A stretch of 30,741 nt of DNA from Anaeromyxobacteraceae bacterium (GCA_027349605.1 DAIEMM010000130.1:1-30741), one strand, 5' to 3'; shown: positions 1 to 9,019, counted from the stretch's first letter. The notes: generated by a model not told the origin, from the sequence alone. Made by a program: numbers and translations.

Positions 1-21
1 GTCGCCACACGAGGAAGTTCC

Positions 22-1398
22 ATGGCCCCCGTCCCCAACTCCACGCTGGACCTCATCGGGCGTACGCCAGTCGTCAAGCTACAGGGCTTCGACACCGGAC
101 CTTGCGAGGTCTTCCTCAAGCTCGAGAACCAGAATCCCGGCGGCTCCATCAAGGACCGGATCGGCCGCTCCATGATCGCTGCAGCCGAATCCGATGGACA
201 CATCGGGCCCGACCAGCGGCGCCTCGTCGAGGCCACGGCCGGGAACACCGGGCTCGGCCTGGCGCTCGTGGCCGCGCAGCGGGGCTACCAGCTCACGCTC
301 GTCATCCCGGACAAGATGAGCCAGGAGAAGGTGCAGCACCTCCGGGCGCTCGGCGCCGAAGTCGTGCTCACCCGCTCCGACGTCGAGAAGGGGCACCCGG
401 ACTACTATCAGGACCTGGCGCAGCGCATCGCCGTCGAGGAGCGCGCGTTCTACGTGAACCAGTTCGGGAACCCCGCGAACCCCCTGGCCCACGAGACCAC
501 CACGGGACCGGAGATCGTGGAGCAGCTCGATGGTCGGCTGGACGCGATGGTCTGCGGTGTCGGCTCCGGCGGTACGATCACCGGGCTCTCCCGGCATCTT
601 GCTCGGACCGTTCCATCCTGCGAGATGGTGCTTGCCGATCCGGAGGGCTCGGTGCTCGCCGGATACGTCCAGACCGGCACGATTGGTGCGGCGGGTTCGT
701 GGCTCGTGGATGGCATCGGGGAGGACTTCATCCCGCCCATCTGCGACCTGTCACGCGTCCAGAAGGCGTACACCATTCCGGACCGCGAGAGCCTGGAGAC
801 GGCCAGGGCGCTTCTACGCCGGGCCGGCATCCTGGCGGGCTCGTCCTCCGGGACTCTGCTCGCAGCCGCATTGCGCTACTGCCAAGAGCAGGACCGTCCG
901 AAGCGGGTCTGCACGCTCGTCTGCGACAGCGGCAACAAGTACCTCTCCAAGATGTTCAACGACGATTGGATGTCCGATCAAGGGCTCGGGAGTCGCCACC
1001 TCGTTGGGGACCTGAGCGACGTCGTGGGCCGGCGACAGCAAGATGGATCCGTGGTGACGGTTCGTCCCTCCGACACGCTGCTCGTCGCCTACGCCCGTAT
1101 GCGGATGTACGACGTCTCCCAGTTGCCGGTAATGGATGGCGCCCGGCTCGTGGGCATCCTCGACGAATCGGACCTGTTGCATGCGGCGGTGGACCGCCCC
1201 GCACGCCTTCGCACGCCGGTCGGCGAGGTGATGTCGACCCGACTGCGGACGGTTCGGCCCTCGGCTCCGGTCCAGGAGGTCGTCGCGATGATCGACGATG
1301 GCTATGTGCCAATCGTCACGGATGGTGACGCGTTCCTGGGACTGGTGACGGCGATCGACCTCGTGAATCACCTCCGGAGGCAGGCGCTCAAGTCGTGA
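22..1398 (+). CDS. cbs: Cystathionine beta-synthase / PLP-dependent cysteine synthase family with C-terminal CBS (Bateman) pair
   Basis: KLENQNPGGSIKDRIG (PLP Lys), EATAGNTG, GSGGT phosphate loop, GIGEDF; C-terminal tandem CBS motifs (MRMYDVSQLPV..GILDESDL; VMS..LRTV..GLVTAIDL); RBS GAGGAAG upstream. Confidence 0.9.
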   Translation: MAPVPNSTLDLIGRTPVVKLQGFDTGPCEVFLKLENQNPGGSIKDRIGRSMIAAAESDGHIGPDQRRLVEATAGNTGLGLALVAAQRGYQLTLVIPDKMSQEKVQHLRALGAEVVLTRSDVEKGHPDYYQDLAQRIAVEERAFYVNQFGNPANPLAHETTTGPEIVEQLDGRLDAMVCGVGSGGTITGLSRHLARTVPSCEMVLADPEGSVLAGYVQTGTIGAAGSWLVDGIGEDFIPPICDLSRVQKAYTIPDRESLETARALLRRAGILAGSSSGTLLAAALRYCQEQDRPKRVCTLVCDSGNKYLSKMFNDDWMSDQGLGSRHLVGDLSDVVGRRQQDGSVVTVRPSDTLLVAYARMRMYDVSQLPVMDGARLVGILDESDLLHAAVDRPARLRTPVGEVMSTRLRTVRPSAPVQEVVAMIDDGYVPIVTDGDAFLGLVTAIDLVNHLRRQALKS

Positions 1399-1414
1399 TG
1401 CGCCCCACCGAGGC

Positions 1415-1439
1415 GTGAGTCGCCGGGAGGCGACCTCAC
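1415..1439 (+). terminator. Stem-loop after cbs (possible terminator or stabiliser)
   Basis: GTGAG-TCGCC-GGGA-GGCGA-C-CTCAC gives a 10-bp stem with a 1-nt bulge; no strong U-tract follows. Confidence 0.35.
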
Positions 1440-1470
1440 ATCTCTCGCACGGGTTTGACGCCACCCTGTC

Positions 1471-1486
1471 ATCCGTTATATAGGAT
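1471..1486. promoter_or_regulatory. Candidate operator ATCC-N8-GGAT upstream of the ssu operon, overlapping the probable -10
   Basis: ATCCGTTATATAGGAT is 14/16 identical to ATCCGTTAAGTAGGAT in the osmC-sir promoter; TTGACG lies at 1455-1460. Confidence 0.55.
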
Positions 1487-1497
1487 ATTCATCCGTC

Positions 1498-2298
1498 ATG
1501 ACGACACAAGCCGAAGTGGGGTCCGTATCGGCCATTCGACTCCGCCAACTCTCCAAGACCTACGAAGGGCACGGGCGGACCGAAGATCTCGTCGCCCTCA
1601 GGGACGTGAACCTCGACGTCGCGCCCGGGGAGGTGCTGGCGGTGGTCGGCGCCAGCGGGTGTGGCAAGAGCACCCTGCTGCGAATCATCGCCGGGCTGGA
1701 GAGGGGGCACATCGGAACGGCAGAGGTCGGTGGCACTCCGGTCACCGGACCGAGCCCCGACCGTGGCGTGGTGTTCCAGGAGCACCGCCTGCTCCCGTGG
1801 CTCACGGTGGAGCAAAACGTGGCCTTCGCCGTCCCCCACCTCGCGCCCCGCGAGCGTCGCGAAACCGTCGCCGAGCACGTTTCCCTGGTTGGGCTCCGAG
1901 GCTTCGAGCGCTGCTATCCCGCCCAGCTCTCCGGCGGCATGGCCCAGCGCGTGGCCATCGCGCGCGCCCTGGCGCCTCGGCCGGGCGTCCTCCTCCTCGA
2001 CGAGCCATTCGGCGCGCTCGACGCATTCACCCGAATGCAGATGCAGGAGGAAGTGCTTCGGATCTGGGAGGCGGAGCGCACCACCCTGGTGCTCGTCACG
2101 CACGACATCGACGAGGCCTTGTTCCTCGGCGACCGCGTGGTGGTGATGACCAGCCGGCCGGGCACGGTGCGGCGCATCTTCCCGGTCGAGCTCCGGCGCC
2201 CACGCGACCGGACCAGCTGGGAGTTTGCCGCGCTTCGGAAGGCAATTCACCAGGAGTTCTTTCAGAGCCGTGCGCGTGAACCCGAGTTCCAGATCTGA
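1498..2298 (+). CDS. ssuB: Sulfonate/nitrate-type ABC transporter ATP-binding subunit
   Basis: Walker A GASGCGKST, VVFQEHRLLPWLTVEQN, signature LSGGMAQR, Walker B LLLDEPFGALD, H-loop VTHDIDEA. Confidence 0.85.
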   Translation: MTTQAEVGSVSAIRLRQLSKTYEGHGRTEDLVALRDVNLDVAPGEVLAVVGASGCGKSTLLRIIAGLERGHIGTAEVGGTPVTGPSPDRGVVFQEHRLLPWLTVEQNVAFAVPHLAPRERRETVAEHVSLVGLRGFERCYPAQLSGGMAQRVAIARALAPRPGVLLLDEPFGALDAFTRMQMQEEVLRIWEAERTTLVLVTHDIDEALFLGDRVVVMTSRPGTVRRIFPVELRRPRDRTSWEFAALRKAIHQEFFQSRAREPEFQI

Positions 2299-2314
2299 CC
2301 CAAAGGAGATCGTC

Positions 2315-3289
2315 ATGACCCATCGCATCCCTCACGTCGCGCTCGGCCTGGCCCTTGCCGCAATCGTGCCGCTCCTCGCCTGCCAGAAGGCGGACAGGCC
2401 ATCGGTCGTGAAGCTGGACTACGCCACCTACAACCCGGTCGGCCTGCTCCTGAAGGACAAGGGCTTCCTGGAGCGGGAACTGGACAAGGACGGCATCAAG
2501 GTCGAGTGGGTCAAGAGCCTCGGCTCCAACAAGTCGCTCGAGCTCCTCAACTCGAAGAGCGTCGATTTCGGCTCCACGGCCGGCGCGGCCGCGCTCATCG
2601 CGAGGTCGAACGGAAACCCGATCCGTTCGATCTACGTCTACTCCAAGCCGGAGTGGACGGCCCTCGTCACCACGCCAGGAAGCGGCATCCAGAGGATCGA
2701 GGACCTCAAGGGCAAGAAGGTCGCGGTCACCCGGGGGACGGACCCCTTCGTGTTCCTGGTCCGATCGCTCGCCTCTGTCGGGCTCAGCGACAAGGACGTC
2801 GAGATCGTGCCCCTCCAGCACCCGGACGGGAAGACGGCGCTGGAGCGCGGGGACGTGGCGGCCTGGTCCGGCCTCGATCCACTCATGGCTACGAGCGAGG
2901 TGGAGAAGGGGTCGAAGCTCTTCTTCCGCAGCCCCGACTGGAACACCTACGGCGTGCTCAACGTCCGCGACGAGTTCGCGCAGAAGTACCCGTCCATCGT
3001 CGATCGCGTGCTATTGGCCTACGAGCAGGCCCGGAAGTACGCCATCGAGCACCCCGACGAGCTGAAGGCGGCCCTCGCCAAGGAGGCCCACCTCAGCGAC
3101 CCGGTGGCGGTCGTGGTCATCGGGCGAACCGACATCACCTCGGGGTCGATCGGCGAGAAGCAGGCGGCGGCGATCCTCGCCGCTGGAGACGTCCTGAAGA
3201 GGAGCGGCGTCGTGAAACCGGACGTCGACGTGGCCGCCGTGGTGAATTCCCTCGTCGACGTCAGCTTCTCCGCTCGGCTGCCGAAGTGA
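2315..3289 (+). CDS. ssuA: Aliphatic sulfonate ABC transporter substrate-binding lipoprotein (SsuA-like)
   Basis: ATG 2315 after AAAGGAG; lipobox-like LLAC; DYATYNPVGLLLK, GSNKSLELLNSKSVDFGSTAG, LKGKKVAVTRGTDP, LQHPDG motifs typical of SsuA. Confidence 0.85.
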   Translation: MTHRIPHVALGLALAAIVPLLACQKADRPSVVKLDYATYNPVGLLLKDKGFLERELDKDGIKVEWVKSLGSNKSLELLNSKSVDFGSTAGAAALIARSNGNPIRSIYVYSKPEWTALVTTPGSGIQRIEDLKGKKVAVTRGTDPFVFLVRSLASVGLSDKDVEIVPLQHPDGKTALERGDVAAWSGLDPLMATSEVEKGSKLFFRSPDWNTYGVLNVRDEFAQKYPSIVDRVLLAYEQARKYAIEHPDELKAALAKEAHLSDPVAVVVIGRTDITSGSIGEKQAAAILAAGDVLKRSGVVKPDVDVAAVVNSLVDVSFSARLPK

Positions 3290-4146
3290 GCTCGACGGTG
3301 GCCAGCTCGCCCGATGGCGCCGTCGGAGTCGCGCTTCCGTCTGCAGGATCGGCCCCGCCAAGGAGCTGTTCCCGCCAGCCTGGCATCCCTTCGCCGGCGG
3401 AATGGGGCCCTGTCGCCGGGCTGGTGGTGCCGGGCTTCACCCTCGTCCTGTGGGAGGTGCTGGCGCGCACCGGGGTGCTCCCCGCCAACTGGCTTCCGGC
3501 GCCGACCGTGATCGCGGCCACCATCGGCGACCTGGCTGCAACCGGGGAGCTGTGGGGCCATCTCGGAGCCACCCTGGCTAGGGTGACCGCGGGGTTCCTG
3601 CTGGGCGCGGCGGTGGCAACCGTGCTCGGCATCCTCACGGGTGCATCGCCGGGGCTCCGCGCGTTGCTCGACCCGTTGCTCCAGGCGCTCCGCAACATCC
3701 CCTCGATGGCCTGGATACCGCTCTTCCTGCTCTGGCTGGGGATCCAGGAGGCGTCCAAGGTGACGCTCATCGCCGTGGGCGCCTTCTTCCCGGTCTACCT
3801 GAACCTGCTCCAGGGAATCCTCCACATCAACCCCAGGCTGGTCGAGGTGGGGCGCGTGTATGGGTACCGGCGCCTCGGGCTTGTCCGGCACGTCCTCCTG
3901 CCCGCCACGCTACCGGCCTATCTCGTCGGCCTCCGGAGCGGCCTCGGGCTGGCCTGGATGTTCGTCGTGGCCGCCGAGATCATGGGCGCGAGCCGGGGCC
4001 TCGGGTACGTGATGGTCGACGGCCAGACCTCCAGCCGCGCCGACTTGATCCTGGCGAGCCTGATCCTCTTTGCCGTGCTCGGCAAGGTCACCGAGAGCCT
4101 CCTGGTCCTCTCCGGACGCCCCTTTCAGCACGGAAGCTCTACCTGA
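3286..4146 (+). CDS. ssuC: Sulfonate ABC transporter permease
   Basis: GTG 3286 overlaps the ssuA stop (GTGA); LPAPTVI, LDPLLQALRNIPSMAWIPL, EAA-like loop LVEVGRVYG, VVAAEIMGASRGLGY. Confidence 0.85.
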   Translation: MSSTVASSPDGAVGVALPSAGSAPPRSCSRQPGIPSPAEWGPVAGLVVPGFTLVLWEVLARTGVLPANWLPAPTVIAATIGDLAATGELWGHLGATLARVTAGFLLGAAVATVLGILTGASPGLRALLDPLLQALRNIPSMAWIPLFLLWLGIQEASKVTLIAVGAFFPVYLNLLQGILHINPRLVEVGRVYGYRRLGLVRHVLLPATLPAYLVGLRSGLGLAWMFVVAAEIMGASRGLGYVMVDGQTSSRADLILASLILFAVLGKVTESLLVLSGRPFQHGSST

Positions 4147-4172
4147 CCCGCCATCCCCGGAGACCTCCACCG

Positions 4173-6146
4173 ATGCCCGCACTGTCATCCTCCGATCTCG
4201 TCGCGCCGCCGCCCGCTCCCCGCCCGGTCGAGGTGACGGACCTGGACGCATATCGTCGCCTGCATGCGCAGAGCTTGGCCGACCCGGAGGGCTTCTGGCG
4301 CGAGCGCATCGCTCCGTTCCGCTGGACCCGCCCGCCGGATCGGATCCTGGAGGGAGACGGCCCGGGGGCTCGCTGGTTCGTGGGGGGGCAACTGAACGTC
4401 GCCGACAACGCCCTCGACCGCTGGGTGGACGAGGGACATGGAGATCGGACCGCCCTGATCTGGGAGAGCGAAGGAGTCGATCACCTTCGGCGGCCGCTGG
4501 AGACTCGCCAATATTCGTTCCGGGAACTGCGCGACGCCGTGGCACGGGCAGCGGGGGCGCTCCGCGACCTGGGGGTGCGGCAAGGCGACCGCGTCACCGT
4601 GTACCTGCCCATCGTCCCGGAACTTCCCATCGCCATGCTGGCGTGCGCCCGGCTGGGAGCGGTCCACAACGTCATCTTCGCCGGCTTCCCGGACCAGGCG
4701 CTGCTCGACCGGATAGAGGACAGCCAGAGCAGGGTCGTCGTGACGGCGGACGGCGGCTACCGTGGTGGCAAGGCCATCGCCCTCAAGTCCGTCGTCGACG
4801 CCGCGGCACGCAGGACGTCGCTCGTCGAGAAGGTCCTCGTGCTACGGCGGACGGGCGAGCCCGTAGGCTGGACGCCCGGCCGCGACCACTGGTGGCACGA
4901 GGCCTTGGAGAGAGCGACTCCCGCCGCTCCGGTGCCGGTGGCGAGCGATGCGCCCCTCTTCGTCATGTATACCTCCGGATCCACGGGGAAGCCGAAGGGG
5001 ATCACGCACGGTACTTCCGGATATCTGGTCCACACGGCGCTGACGGCACTCCATGCCTTCGACCTCCGGCCCGGAGACGTGAACTGGTGCACCGCCGATC
5101 CGGCCTGGATCACGGGTCACACCTACACGGTCTACGGGCCGCTGCTGTCCGGCGCGGCCACAGTGCTCTTCGAGGGAGTGCTCGGCTTTCCGGACTGGGA
5201 TCGGGCCTGGGACGTGGTCGAGCGGCACCGTCCGGCGGTGCTCTACTCCACGCCCACCCTCGTCCGGGCCTGGCTCCGGCAGGGGGACGCAGGCCCGCGA
5301 GAGCGAGACCTCTCCTCCCTCCGCCTGCTCGCGTCGGTGGGGGAACCCATCAGTCCGAGCGTCTGGCACTGGTTTCGGGACGTCGTGGGAGGCGGACGGA
5401 CGCCGGTGGTCGATACGTGGTGGCAGACCGAGGCCGGCGCCGCGATGATCTTCCCGTTGCCCTACGTCACCCCGGCCAAGCCCGGCTCGGCCACCCTGCC
5501 GTTCTTCGGGGTCGATCCTGCCATCGCCGATGCAGAGGGTCGATTGCTCGACGGGGAAGCGGCGGGTCAGCTGGTGATCCGGCGTCCCTGGCCAGGCATG
5601 CTGCATGGCATCTGGGGCAGCCCGGAGCGGTATCGCGACACCTACTGGAAGTCGGTACCAGGTGCGTTCGTCACGGGCGACGCCGCGCGCCGGGACGCCG
5701 ACGGGTATGTCTGGATCGTGGGGCGTACCGATGACGTCATCAAGGTGAACGGGCACCGGCTCGGGACGGCCGAGATCGAGGGAGCGGTCGTGTCCCACCC
5801 GGCGGTGTCGGAGAGCGCGGTGGTCGGCGTGCCCGACGAGCGGTCAGGTGAGGCGGTGCTCGTCTTTGTCGTGCTGAAGCCCGGATTCTCCGCCGACGCG
5901 GAGCTCGAGTCGGGAATCGTCCACGCCATCGAGGCGATGGTTGGAAAGCTGGCGCGACCGCGCGAGCTGCGCTTCCTGAAGGCGCTTCCCAAGAACCGAA
6001 GCGGCAAGATCTTGCGGCGCATGCTGCGGGAGTGGGCCGTGACCGGCAAGGTGACGGGTGACACGACGACGCTCGACGACGCCTCGGCGCTCCCTCCGTC
6101 GACGGATGGCGAGCTCGTGGATCACGTGCAGAGGGGCATCGAGTGA
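4173..6146 (+). CDS. acs: Acetyl-CoA synthetase (AMP-forming)
   Basis: YTSGSTGKPKG, WCTADPAWITGHTY, SVGEPI, DTWWQTE, RTDDVIKVNGHRLG, RSGKILRR (Lys equivalent to the acetylated K609). Confidence 0.85.
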   Translation: MPALSSSDLVAPPPAPRPVEVTDLDAYRRLHAQSLADPEGFWRERIAPFRWTRPPDRILEGDGPGARWFVGGQLNVADNALDRWVDEGHGDRTALIWESEGVDHLRRPLETRQYSFRELRDAVARAAGALRDLGVRQGDRVTVYLPIVPELPIAMLACARLGAVHNVIFAGFPDQALLDRIEDSQSRVVVTADGGYRGGKAIALKSVVDAAARRTSLVEKVLVLRRTGEPVGWTPGRDHWWHEALERATPAAPVPVASDAPLFVMYTSGSTGKPKGITHGTSGYLVHTALTALHAFDLRPGDVNWCTADPAWITGHTYTVYGPLLSGAATVLFEGVLGFPDWDRAWDVVERHRPAVLYSTPTLVRAWLRQGDAGPRERDLSSLRLLASVGEPISPSVWHWFRDVVGGGRTPVVDTWWQTEAGAAMIFPLPYVTPAKPGSATLPFFGVDPAIADAEGRLLDGEAAGQLVIRRPWPGMLHGIWGSPERYRDTYWKSVPGAFVTGDAARRDADGYVWIVGRTDDVIKVNGHRLGTAEIEGAVVSHPAVSESAVVGVPDERSGEAVLVFVVLKPGFSADAELESGIVHAIEAMVGKLARPRELRFLKALPKNRSGKILRRMLREWAVTGKVTGDTTTLDDASALPPSTDGELVDHVQRGIE

Positions 6147-6163
6147 CTCGACTGGTCACGGAG
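6139..6163. promoter_or_regulatory. Candidate sigma54-activator binding site (UAS A)
   Basis: TCGAGTGAC-TCGACTG-GTCACGGAG; perfect GTGAC-N7-GTCAC core; overlaps the acs stop codon; centre is 71 bp from the GG of the promoter at 6222. Confidence 0.55.
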
Positions 6164-6220
6164 TAGTTGGAAGGGCCACTCCAGGCTTGGTCAAGTGTGC
6201 GCAACCACGAGGCGCAGGCC

Positions 6221-6236
6221 TGGCTCGACGCATGCA
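6221..6236 (+). promoter_or_regulatory. Sigma54 -24/-12 promoter for small secreted protein P1
   Basis: TGGCTCGACGCATGCA (GG-N10-GC); 18/19 identical over 6220-6238 to 15210-15228. Confidence 0.65.
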
Positions 6237-6250
6237 CTGAACCCCTCCAT

Positions 6251-6295
6251 GCTCGGAGTGAGCGAAGGCGGCCGGCATCCGGCCCCGCACCGAGC
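6251..6295 (+). ncRNA. Structured 5-prime leader, copy 1 (candidate cis-regulatory RNA)
   Basis: GCTCGG-AGTG-AGCGAA-GG-C-GGCCGG-CAT-CCGGCC-CC-GCA-CCGAGC; same architecture as 15242-15284, with compensatory changes. Confidence 0.5.
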
Positions 6296-6311
6296 GGGAA
6301 AGGATGAGTTC

Positions 6312-6563
6312 ATGTCGAAGCGAATCGCATTGGCAGTGCTGATGTCGGTTCTGGCCGCGCCGGGTCTGGCAACCGAAGGCAATCAGCCGAGGGAGGCCTC
6401 CGAGGACCCCTCCACGAAGACACGCTCGAAGACCGTGTGCGTGTGCACCTTCGAAGGACGACCCGACCCGGCACGGTCGCATCCCTGTGCTCCGGTCCAG
6501 TCGGAGAAGACCGAGACCCGGAGCAACATCGACGAGCACCCCGAGGACTATCAGGCAGGCTGA
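6312..6563 (+). CDS. Small secreted CxC protein P1 (83 aa), uncharacterised
   Basis: ATG after AAAGGA; Sec-type signal MSKRIALAVLMSVLAAPGLA; mature part has VCVC plus HPC; has its own promoter. Confidence 0.65.
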   Translation: MSKRIALAVLMSVLAAPGLATEGNQPREASEDPSTKTRSKTVCVCTFEGRPDPARSHPCAPVQSEKTETRSNIDEHPEDYQAG

Positions 6564-6585
6564 CGGCGTCGACCGGCACCCAGCA

Positions 6586-6622
6586 AGGCCCTCCTCTCCG
6601 ATGACGCGAGGGAGGAGGGCCT
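6586..6622. terminator. Probable bidirectional terminator hairpin between convergent genes
   Basis: Perfect 11-bp inverted repeat AGGCCCTCCTC...GAGGAGGGCCT between the stops at 6563 (+) and 6622 (-). Confidence 0.5.
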
Positions 6623-6936
6623 CAGGGAGGGTCGTCATCGGTCGCTGCGTCCGTCCAGGCGTGCGGCACCACGTCGCCGAGCGACACACCGAGGTAGGCC
6701 AAGATCCGCACGTCACGCCGCGTGAGGCCGCGAACCCGAAACGTGCCACCCTCACGCTCGACGGCGCGCACGAGCAGAGTGACCGCGAAGATGTCGGGCT
6801 GCCGGCAGGCTCCGAAGTCCAGCATCACCACGCGCCCGCCGATGGCTCCCTCGATCTGACGGGCGACCCGCCACGCCTCGCTGACGTCGAAGTCCTGGGT
6901 CAGGGAAACGACCAAGCTGGATGCTCCATCACCCAC
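6622..6936 (-). CDS. STAS-like small protein (104 aa)
   Basis: GTG 6936, 10 nt after GGAGG; pattern LTQDFDVSEA...VVMLDFGACRQPDIFAVTLLV...RVRGL...VRILAYLG resembles STAS/anti-anti-sigma domains. Confidence 0.6.
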   Translation of the reverse strand: MGDGASSLVVSLTQDFDVSEAWRVARQIEGAIGGRVVMLDFGACRQPDIFAVTLLVRAVEREGGTFRVRGLTRRDVRILAYLGVSLGDVVPHAWTDAATDDDPP

Positions 6937-6953
6937 GGCGGCGGTACCTCCAT

Positions 6954-7379
6954 TCACAGCTCGGAAATCCCGAGCTCGCGCAGGCGTTGCCGGATCGTGC
7001 GAAGGCATCGCTCCTCGCACGCGTCGACGGGGAGTTCCACCTCGCCACGGTGCTCGACCCGGATGGCGACGAAGACCTCGTCCGAACCGGGGAGCACCTT
7101 GGAGTCGTAGAGCGAGCGATCGCAGGGCACGACCTCGATGCGAGTCTGGGCCACCTCCGGCGGGAGAGCCCAACGGACGACCTGCTCCAGTTCCTCGAGG
7201 AGCGGCCGACACTGGTCGCATCCCGGCATCGCATGTGCGGCCTTGTCGTGGACGCCCCAGACCCGCACCTCGAAGCCCACCGCCATGGGACGGTGGTCGC
7301 GATAGATGATGTCCGGGCGGACATCGAAGTGCACATGTCGGCGCTTGGCGAGGGCGCGAAGCTGCTGGAGGGTATCCAT
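6954..7379 (-). CDS. Hypothetical Cys/His-rich cytoplasmic protein (141 aa)
   Basis: ATG 7379 lies 7 nt after the upstream stop; HVH, PGCDQC and DACEERC motifs; operonic spacing. Confidence 0.7.
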   Translation of the reverse strand: MDTLQQLRALAKRRHVHFDVRPDIIYRDHRPMAVGFEVRVWGVHDKAAHAMPGCDQCRPLLEELEQVVRWALPPEVAQTRIEVVPCDRSLYDSKVLPGSDEVFVAIRVEHRGEVELPVDACEERCLRTIRQRLRELGISEL

Positions 7380-7386
7380 GTGTGCC

Positions 7387-7731
7387 TTACGGCGCCGGCG
7401 GACGCTTCTGGGTGGCTGGCTCGCCGGGACGCGCCAGCTGGATGGAAGTGGCCGTGACCACGCCGTCGACCTTCCTCCCGTGGACGACGGCGCGAAGGCC
7501 CGGGGCAATGTCCGCGGGCCTGGCGGCAACGCCTCCCAGGGTGATGCGCGTCTGCGGAGTCAATGCATAGCGCTGCTCGTGCCCGTCTCCGGTCCGCACG
7601 GTCACCTGCTTCGTGTCGGCAGAGAGGACTTCCCCGCGCATGTCGACGCCGCCCTCGTGCGCCGAGGCGGGGGTCGTGAGAATCAGCGCCGCGAGAAGAA
7701 AAGCAGGAGTGATCAGCGATGGCTTCGGCAT
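7387..7731 (-). CDS. Secreted beta-barrel (DUF5666-like) protein (114 aa)
   Basis: Signal peptide ending ASA followed by HEG (N-terminal His); RGEVLSAD...VTVRT...YALTPQTRI...DIAPGLRAVVHG...ATSIQL is a DUF5666-like repeat. Confidence 0.7.
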   Translation of the reverse strand: MPKPSLITPAFLLAALILTTPASAHEGGVDMRGEVLSADTKQVTVRTGDGHEQRYALTPQTRITLGGVAARPADIAPGLRAVVHGRKVDGVVTATSIQLARPGEPATQKRPPAP

Positions 7732-7750
7732 GTGGAGTCTCCGCGCTGCG

Positions 7751-8362
7751 TCAGTGGGAATGGTGGCTGTCCTTGGCTGGCCCAGCTGGAATTGATTGAA
7801 GGAACTCCTGGTCCTGCTGGAGCTCGCGCCACTCGCCGGGGCTCCTCGGGTTGAGCCGTTCCATCTCGAGGAGCTCCTCCGGTCCGAGACGCGGCAGGTG
7901 ACGGATGAAGAGCACCAGCTTCCAGCTGACCGCGGGAGACACCTCGCCGCCCCATCCGGGCATCCCGGTGAAGCGGATGCCATTCTCGATGACGTGGAAG
8001 AGCTCACCGTCGGTCAGGGACTGCGTGGCGGGAAGCCGCATGTCGGGAGCGCGAGGGTAGAGCCGTCGTCCCAGTGCCGTCTGCCCACTCCCGTCGTTAC
8101 CGTGACACGAGGCGCAGTGATCCGCGAAATGCGCTCGCGCCTCGACCAGCGTCTCGCGAGTCGAGGGAACGGGATTGACCTGGCTCCGGACCGCGGACGG
8201 GATCGCCACTCCGCGCACGAGGCGGGCGAGCCGGGCCTCGACGGCACCGGGCTCGTCCCGGGCGCTCAGTCCACTCTGCCGGACCGCCACGACCCCGAGA
8301 GCGAGCCCAGCCACCGCCAGGAGCCCGACGACGGCGAGGATTCGGTACCCGATCCGCAGCAT
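7751..8362 (-). CDS. Membrane-anchored monoheme c-type cytochrome (203 aa)
   Basis: N-terminal TM helix; HCASCHG heme motif; YPRAPD; LTDGELFHVIENGIRFTGMPGW (axial Met); C-terminal SHHSH. Confidence 0.85.
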   Translation of the reverse strand: MLRIGYRILAVVGLLAVAGLALGVVAVRQSGLSARDEPGAVEARLARLVRGVAIPSAVRSQVNPVPSTRETLVEARAHFADHCASCHGNDGSGQTALGRRLYPRAPDMRLPATQSLTDGELFHVIENGIRFTGMPGWGGEVSPAVSWKLVLFIRHLPRLGPEELLEMERLNPRSPGEWRELQQDQEFLQSIPAGPAKDSHHSH

Positions 8363-8390
8363 TCGAGGCTCGCTCGCGCCAGGGTGTCGA

Positions 8391-8906
8391 CTAAAGCGTC
8401 GACGTGCCCGGGTTGGAGGCGAGCCGAGCGGTCCGGGCGGCAGGCTGGAGTTGCTGGGCCCGGCGGAGAATCTCGGAAGCAACCGCGTCATCGGTCGAAC
8501 GAATCACGATGACGAATCGGCTTCCGTCGAAGCGAACACTGGCGGAGGCGCCCGGCACGAAGGCCGGGCAGGCGTTCATCCACGGCTCCTGTCGCGCCAT
8601 CGCCTCGGCGAGGTGGCAGTCGGCGATGCGCTGGAGTGCCTCGACCGAAAGTCCCGGCACCTGCCGAACGGAGATGATGGCGCCGCGCACGATCGGAAGG
8701 GCGCTGCTTCTCGAGACGCGGTAGCGCTGTTCGCGGAGCGCCGTCACCGACTCGACGTCCTCGGCGCGAACGAACAGGCTCATGTTGCGTTCGGCGTCGC
8801 TGAGGCCGGCGCACGCCTGGGCGGTGGTAGGGGGAGAGGGCGGTGCGCTCGCGGGAGAGCCAGAGACTGCGAGCGCGGCGGAACTAAGGATTGCGATGAG
8901 TTGCAT
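8391..8906 (-). CDS. Hypothetical secreted protein with three Cys (171 aa)
   Basis: ATG 8906 after GGAG; signal peptide MQLIAILSSAALAVSG; QAC, ADCH and ACP motifs; first gene after the sigma54 promoter at 8943-8958. Confidence 0.65.
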   Translation of the reverse strand: MQLIAILSSAALAVSGSPASAPPSPPTTAQACAGLSDAERNMSLFVRAEDVESVTALREQRYRVSRSSALPIVRGAIISVRQVPGLSVEALQRIADCHLAEAMARQEPWMNACPAFVPGASASVRFDGSRFVIVIRSTDDAVASEILRRAQQLQPAARTARLASNPGTSTL

Positions 8907-8942
8907 GGTGTGACTCCGGAAGGGGTGGACCAGCCTAGGTTC

Positions 8943-8958
8943 AGCAAGGTTCATGCCG
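8943..8958 (-). promoter_or_regulatory. Sigma54 promoter for the 8906-6622 operon
   Basis: CGGCATGAACCTTGCT (GG-N10-GC, consensus TTGCT). Confidence 0.65.
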
Positions 8959-9019
8959 TGGAGGCTTGGCCAAGGGTTCCGGGGCTTTCCCGGAGCAGAG
9001 GTCCCGAGCGTCTGGAACC

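Noticed and set aside
4173-6146. acs as a sulfoacetate-CoA ligase (SauT-like)
   Set aside because: The acetate-pocket residues, including the Trp of DTWWQTE, are intact, and no SauS/Xsc partner is visible.
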